The notes beneath the pieces were generated by a model. It had not been told where the DNA came from and ran no database searches. It was given only the letters and a program-made list of their open reading frames with translations. 64,000 bases of DNA from positions 186,001 through 250,000 of the IMG/VR virus record IMGVR_UViG_3300028840_008185, one strand, 5' to 3'. Positions within the stretch are counted from its first letter, which is position 1; every line of letters starts with the position of its first letter. A program made the translations under genes and the position numbers. This document shows positions 61,200 to 64,000 of the stretch, in pieces.

Positions 61200-62619
61200 C
61201 TTCCGCCTCCCCTTCTGTAGCTGCCACCTCTGCATCCGGATTGTCGTATTCGGTTGGGCTCCATCCTGGATCATCATCAAATATTCTCATCATATCCATG
61301 CGCTTGTGTAGCATGAAGGCTCCTCTCTCGCCCTCTCTCATTTTACCTATAATTATCTTCATATCCAGCTTAAGCTCTTCGTCTTTGCGCGTCTCAATTA
61401 TCAACATGATATTGGCATTTTGCGGCATCATTATGCTCCTTCCAACACGGTGCTGGTCGGGAGGTATTGGGGCGCCCTCTTTTGTCTTCTCTGGGCGATT
61501 TAGCTGAACTGGTGAGATGCCAGAGACTTGATAAGCCCTGCAAAACTCGTGCAGCCTCTCAGAAAGCTTTCCGAGGCCCAACCAGTCCGAGCCTTCCTGC
61601 TCAGTATTCATAAGGCTGATGTAATCAACAACGATAAGCTGGGGGTTGAACTCGTGGCTCACCTCTATAAACTTACTCTCGATCTGGCTCATAGTGCAGC
61701 CACGAGGAATATCTATTATGTGGAACTGCTTGTCATATAGACTCTGAAACTTGAGGGCAGCTTGATAGCGTTTAACCTCATCTTCAGTCAGCGTTCCATC
61801 TCTAACCCCGTAGAGCGGCACCCCAGCCACATTGGCATCAACTCTGCGACGGAGAGCCTTGAAGGGCATCTCAATCGTGAAGAATAGAACATCAACTCCG
61901 TCATTCGCAAATTCCTCGGGCATAGCATCTGGCGAGGTGGGTATGTTGTGTCTGTTGCTTCCAAGCCACGCGTTAATGGCCATCTGCATAGCGAGAGCCG
62001 ACTTACCGGAGCTGGACTCGCCGCCGATAAGCATAAGCTCTCCTGGCTGCAATCCGTTGGTAATTCGGTCAAACTCCCTAAGCCCCAGATGGATCCCGCG
62101 TCCAGCTTCTGGGTTGTCTCTTACAGTCTCATAAGTTTTCCAAGCATCTTTGGCTGTAGCGGACAGAGACCCCTCTTGGAAAATCTGGTTTCCATATATG
62201 CTGTCTATGCCCGCAACAGTTCTCTTGAGGAGAAGGTTGGCCTCCCCTAAGTTGCGGAAGTTGTCGCCGTCCCAGTTTTCTTTGTAGATGGTTTTTCCAA
62301 CCATCAGTAAGAGCTGAGAGTTGTAGCGAGTCTTAAGCTTTTCAAGGTCGGACGGAAACTCCCTGGAATTTATTTCAACTTCTTGAGCTGAGGTATAAAT
62401 ATCAGCCATCTGTTCATTCCAGGCATCGCCGCCTTGCTCCTCCATAACTCTGGGGGTTGGTGGCTCCCGAAACTTATCAAAGCAATTCGCAAACAGCTTG
62501 TAGAACGGTTGGGCATCCTTGTGCATGTATTCTGGAGTGATGGCCGTTTGAAGGCTCATAGACAGCCGCTTTTCTGAAATAGCATAAGCTATGATTTTTT
62601 TGTCTAGCTCTGGAATCAT
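61189..62619 (-). CDS. dnaB: replicative DNA helicase
   Basis: GGESSSGKS Walker A, FFTIEM, IVVDYISLM, QLNR, K.REG. Confidence 0.93.
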   Translation of the reverse strand: MIPELDKKIIAYAISEKRLSMSLQTAITPEYMHKDAQPFYKLFANCFDKFREPPTPRVMEEQGGDAWNEQMADIYTSAQEVEINSREFPSDLEKLKTRYNSQLLLMVGKTIYKENWDGDNFRNLGEANLLLKRTVAGIDSIYGNQIFQEGSLSATAKDAWKTYETVRDNPEAGRGIHLGLREFDRITNGLQPGELMLIGGESSSGKSALAMQMAINAWLGSNRHNIPTSPDAMPEEFANDGVDVLFFTIEMPFKALRRRVDANVAGVPLYGVRDGTLTEDEVKRYQAALKFQSLYDKQFHIIDIPRGCTMSQIESKFIEVSHEFNPQLIVVDYISLMNTEQEGSDWLGLGKLSERLHEFCRAYQVSGISPVQLNRPEKTKEGAPIPPDQHRVGRSIMMPQNANIMLIIETRKDEELKLDMKIIIGKMREGERGAFMLHKRMDMMRIFDDDPGWSPTEYDNPDAEVAATEGEAEDGD

Positions 62620-63287
62620 AGTTTCTCCTCGTTCTTGCGGGCATCTTCCCCACCAGCCGGAACAACTTTCGTGAATTGCGAGCCTAGAGACTCGAACGAC
62701 TTCTTGAACTCTCCACCGAATATTTGATTAACATCGGGTGAATTGGAACACAGTATCGTCGGGAGCTTGTTCTGCATCCTACTCCTCAACACATTCTCTA
62801 ATTGGTTTCCGAAAAGCTCCATACTCATCTGCGTGGGGAAGAAGCGCTGATCAACCTCATCTATCACCACAAAATCATAACTTCTAATCCTCATCCTCAG
62901 GGCTGGGTCAGTATTAATCATGTAAGTCACCAGATCGGATAGAGTGATGTAGAAAACACTATATCCAGACAGAATACCCTTCTTAAGAATAGAGCAGGCG
63001 GCCATAGTTTTGCCCCTGCCCCGCTCTCCTACAAGGAAAAGTGTAATGCCTCTTGAGTATTCGCCATCAAGATCTTCAATATATCCAAGTATGAAATCTC
63101 TAAAGTTCTCCTCGCCATAGAAATCTTCCATCCTACGACGCCAATAATCAACGGGAATGCGAGCCTCGGCCATCTGGTCTATAAAAGAGCAATAACTAAG
63201 ACACACGGGGCACCCCAATCCTTTGCACTTTTTACAACCAGATATGATTAATTTCTTTTCTATTTCTATTTTTCTTTCAGGGATCAT
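62616..63287 (-). CDS. DnaC/IstB-like AAA+ helicase loader with N-terminal Cys cluster
   Basis: CKKC...CPVC; GERGRGKT; VIDEVD; RMQNKLPTILCSN; adjacent to dnaB. Confidence 0.88.
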   Translation of the reverse strand: MIPERKIEIEKKLIISGCKKCKGLGCPVCLSYCSFIDQMAEARIPVDYWRRRMEDFYGEENFRDFILGYIEDLDGEYSRGITLFLVGERGRGKTMAACSILKKGILSGYSVFYITLSDLVTYMINTDPALRMRIRSYDFVVIDEVDQRFFPTQMSMELFGNQLENVLRSRMQNKLPTILCSNSPDVNQIFGGEFKKSFESLGSQFTKVVPAGGEDARKNEEKL

Positions 63288-63716
63288 TTACTCTCCGCGT
63301 TTGGTTTTCCTCTCAAAGGTGGGGATCGAACCGCATGGGTTTTGATCTGGCTGAGACATGGGCATCGAAAACTCTGGCTCTCTTGGCCTATTCTTCACTA
63401 TAGCTGCCAAATCTGGTCTGGGGTTTTCGCCCACAAGATAAGCCCCGCCTGCTACAGGAGCCAAATCAACAGGAAGCTCATTTATCTCTTTAATATCAGG
63501 CTTAAGCTGAGCTTTCTTCATGGAAGGATTTCCAGGTGTGCCAACTTTAATGTATGCTACAGCATCGGGGTTCACATAAATTATAGCATTATCATAGTCC
63601 ACCAGCTTTATATAATCTTCCTCTACTACAACTATAAAACCACCCATACTTTCTTTGTTTCTCATACCAATAGTTACGTGCTTCTGCATGAGTTCTTCTT
63701 TAGGTATTTCCATCAA
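63288..63716 (-). CDS. hypothetical protein with possible Sm/Hfq-like N-terminal fold
   Basis: KHVTIGMRN...GFIVVVEEDYIKL...IIYVNPDAVAYI pattern. Confidence 0.5.
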   Translation of the reverse strand: MMEIPKEELMQKHVTIGMRNKESMGGFIVVVEEDYIKLVDYDNAIIYVNPDAVAYIKVGTPGNPSMKKAQLKPDIKEINELPVDLAPVAGGAYLVGENPRPDLAAIVKNRPREPEFSMPMSQPDQNPCGSIPTFERKTKRGE

Positions 63717-64000
63717 TCCTCCAATTTTCTATATTCTGGGCCTTCTAGAAGCATGCCTCTTCTAACGGCCTCTTCAATCACAGCGCCTTCGCCACCAGAC
63801 ATACCGTAAGCTTTTACTAAACCCACCAAGACATTAAGATCGTTCCAGGTTATGAGGTTGTGCTTTACCACTGTTTCGCAGCAATTGTCAACACACCACT
63901 GGATAAAATCCTCTGGTAGTGGCGTGGAGCGTCTAAGCACCTGGCTCCTCGCCTTAGCTGCCTTGAATTCGTTCACAAAGGCCGCATTAGCGAAGAAGCC
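63713..64000 (-). CDS. hypothetical protein, 5'-truncated by the window edge
   Basis: Frame stays open to 64000. Confidence 0.7.
   Translation of the reverse strand, partial: GFFANAAFVNEFKAAKARSQVLRRSTPLPEDFIQWCVDNCCETVVKHNLITWNDLNVLVGLVKAYGMSGGEGAVIEEAVRRGMLLEGPEYRKLED

Noticed and set aside
52488-62619. Inteins or introns in nrdJ, prkA or dnaB
   Set aside because: Catalytic motifs are contiguous, lengths are normal, and no C/S...HN splice motifs were seen.
1-64000. Alternative genetic code
   Set aside because: Long conserved genes are intact under code 11, and TAA, TAG and TGA all terminate genes with tight start/stop overlaps.
1-64000. Plus-strand ORFs in the track (e.g. 18213..19454, 47992..48696, 3446..4141)
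   Set aside because: All are antisense shadows of well-supported minus-strand genes, with no recognisable motifs or SDs.
1-64000. CRISPR array, integrase, transposase or diversity-generating retroelement
   Set aside because: No regularly spaced short repeats and no recombinase, transposase or reverse transcriptase. The 44.8-49.8 kb repeat differs at all base types, not only adenines.

Overview
This window looks like 64 kb of a large (jumbo-type) bacteriophage genome, with essentially every real gene on the minus strand. (1) 1-9.1 kb is a higher-GC (about 55% by spot counts) region of tiny hypothetical ORFs. It holds three tRNA-shaped RNAs with no anticodon loop and one pseudoknotted RNA candidate. 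(2) 9.1-9.75 kb is a non-coding, G-skewed junction where composition drops to about 40-45% GC. (3) 9.75-19.7 kb is a cluster of large modular proteins whose domain boundaries and N-termini carry a recurring [IL]-S-K-R-A motif. The 1504-aa member strings together SET, topoisomerase IB, CCA-adding/HD and a probable ADP-ribosyltransferase-fold domain, like a cleavable polyprotein. (4) 19.7-30 kb holds small ORFs (six share an N-terminal M-K-x-x-N-[ST] tag) plus C39 peptidase, flavoprotein, thyX, amidase endolysin, tmk and map. (5) 30-49.8 kb holds probable virion fibre/appendage genes (Ig-like, beta-propeller, Kelch, LamG). They are strongly enriched in the tripeptide DGY, have a sulfotransferase embedded among them, and include a tandem two-gene duplication. 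(6) 49.9-64 kb holds PIN-PhoH, class II RNR, a sigma factor, a SLOG protein, the prkA-yeaH-spoVR triad, an FmdB zinc ribbon, dnaB and a DnaC-like loader. The most notable candidates for new biology are the SKRA-punctuated enzyme polyprotein system, the anticodon-less tRNA-like RNAs carrying a Shine-Dalgarno plus start codon, and the DGY/sulfotransferase pairing. All domain calls come from motif recognition by eye; no database search was run.
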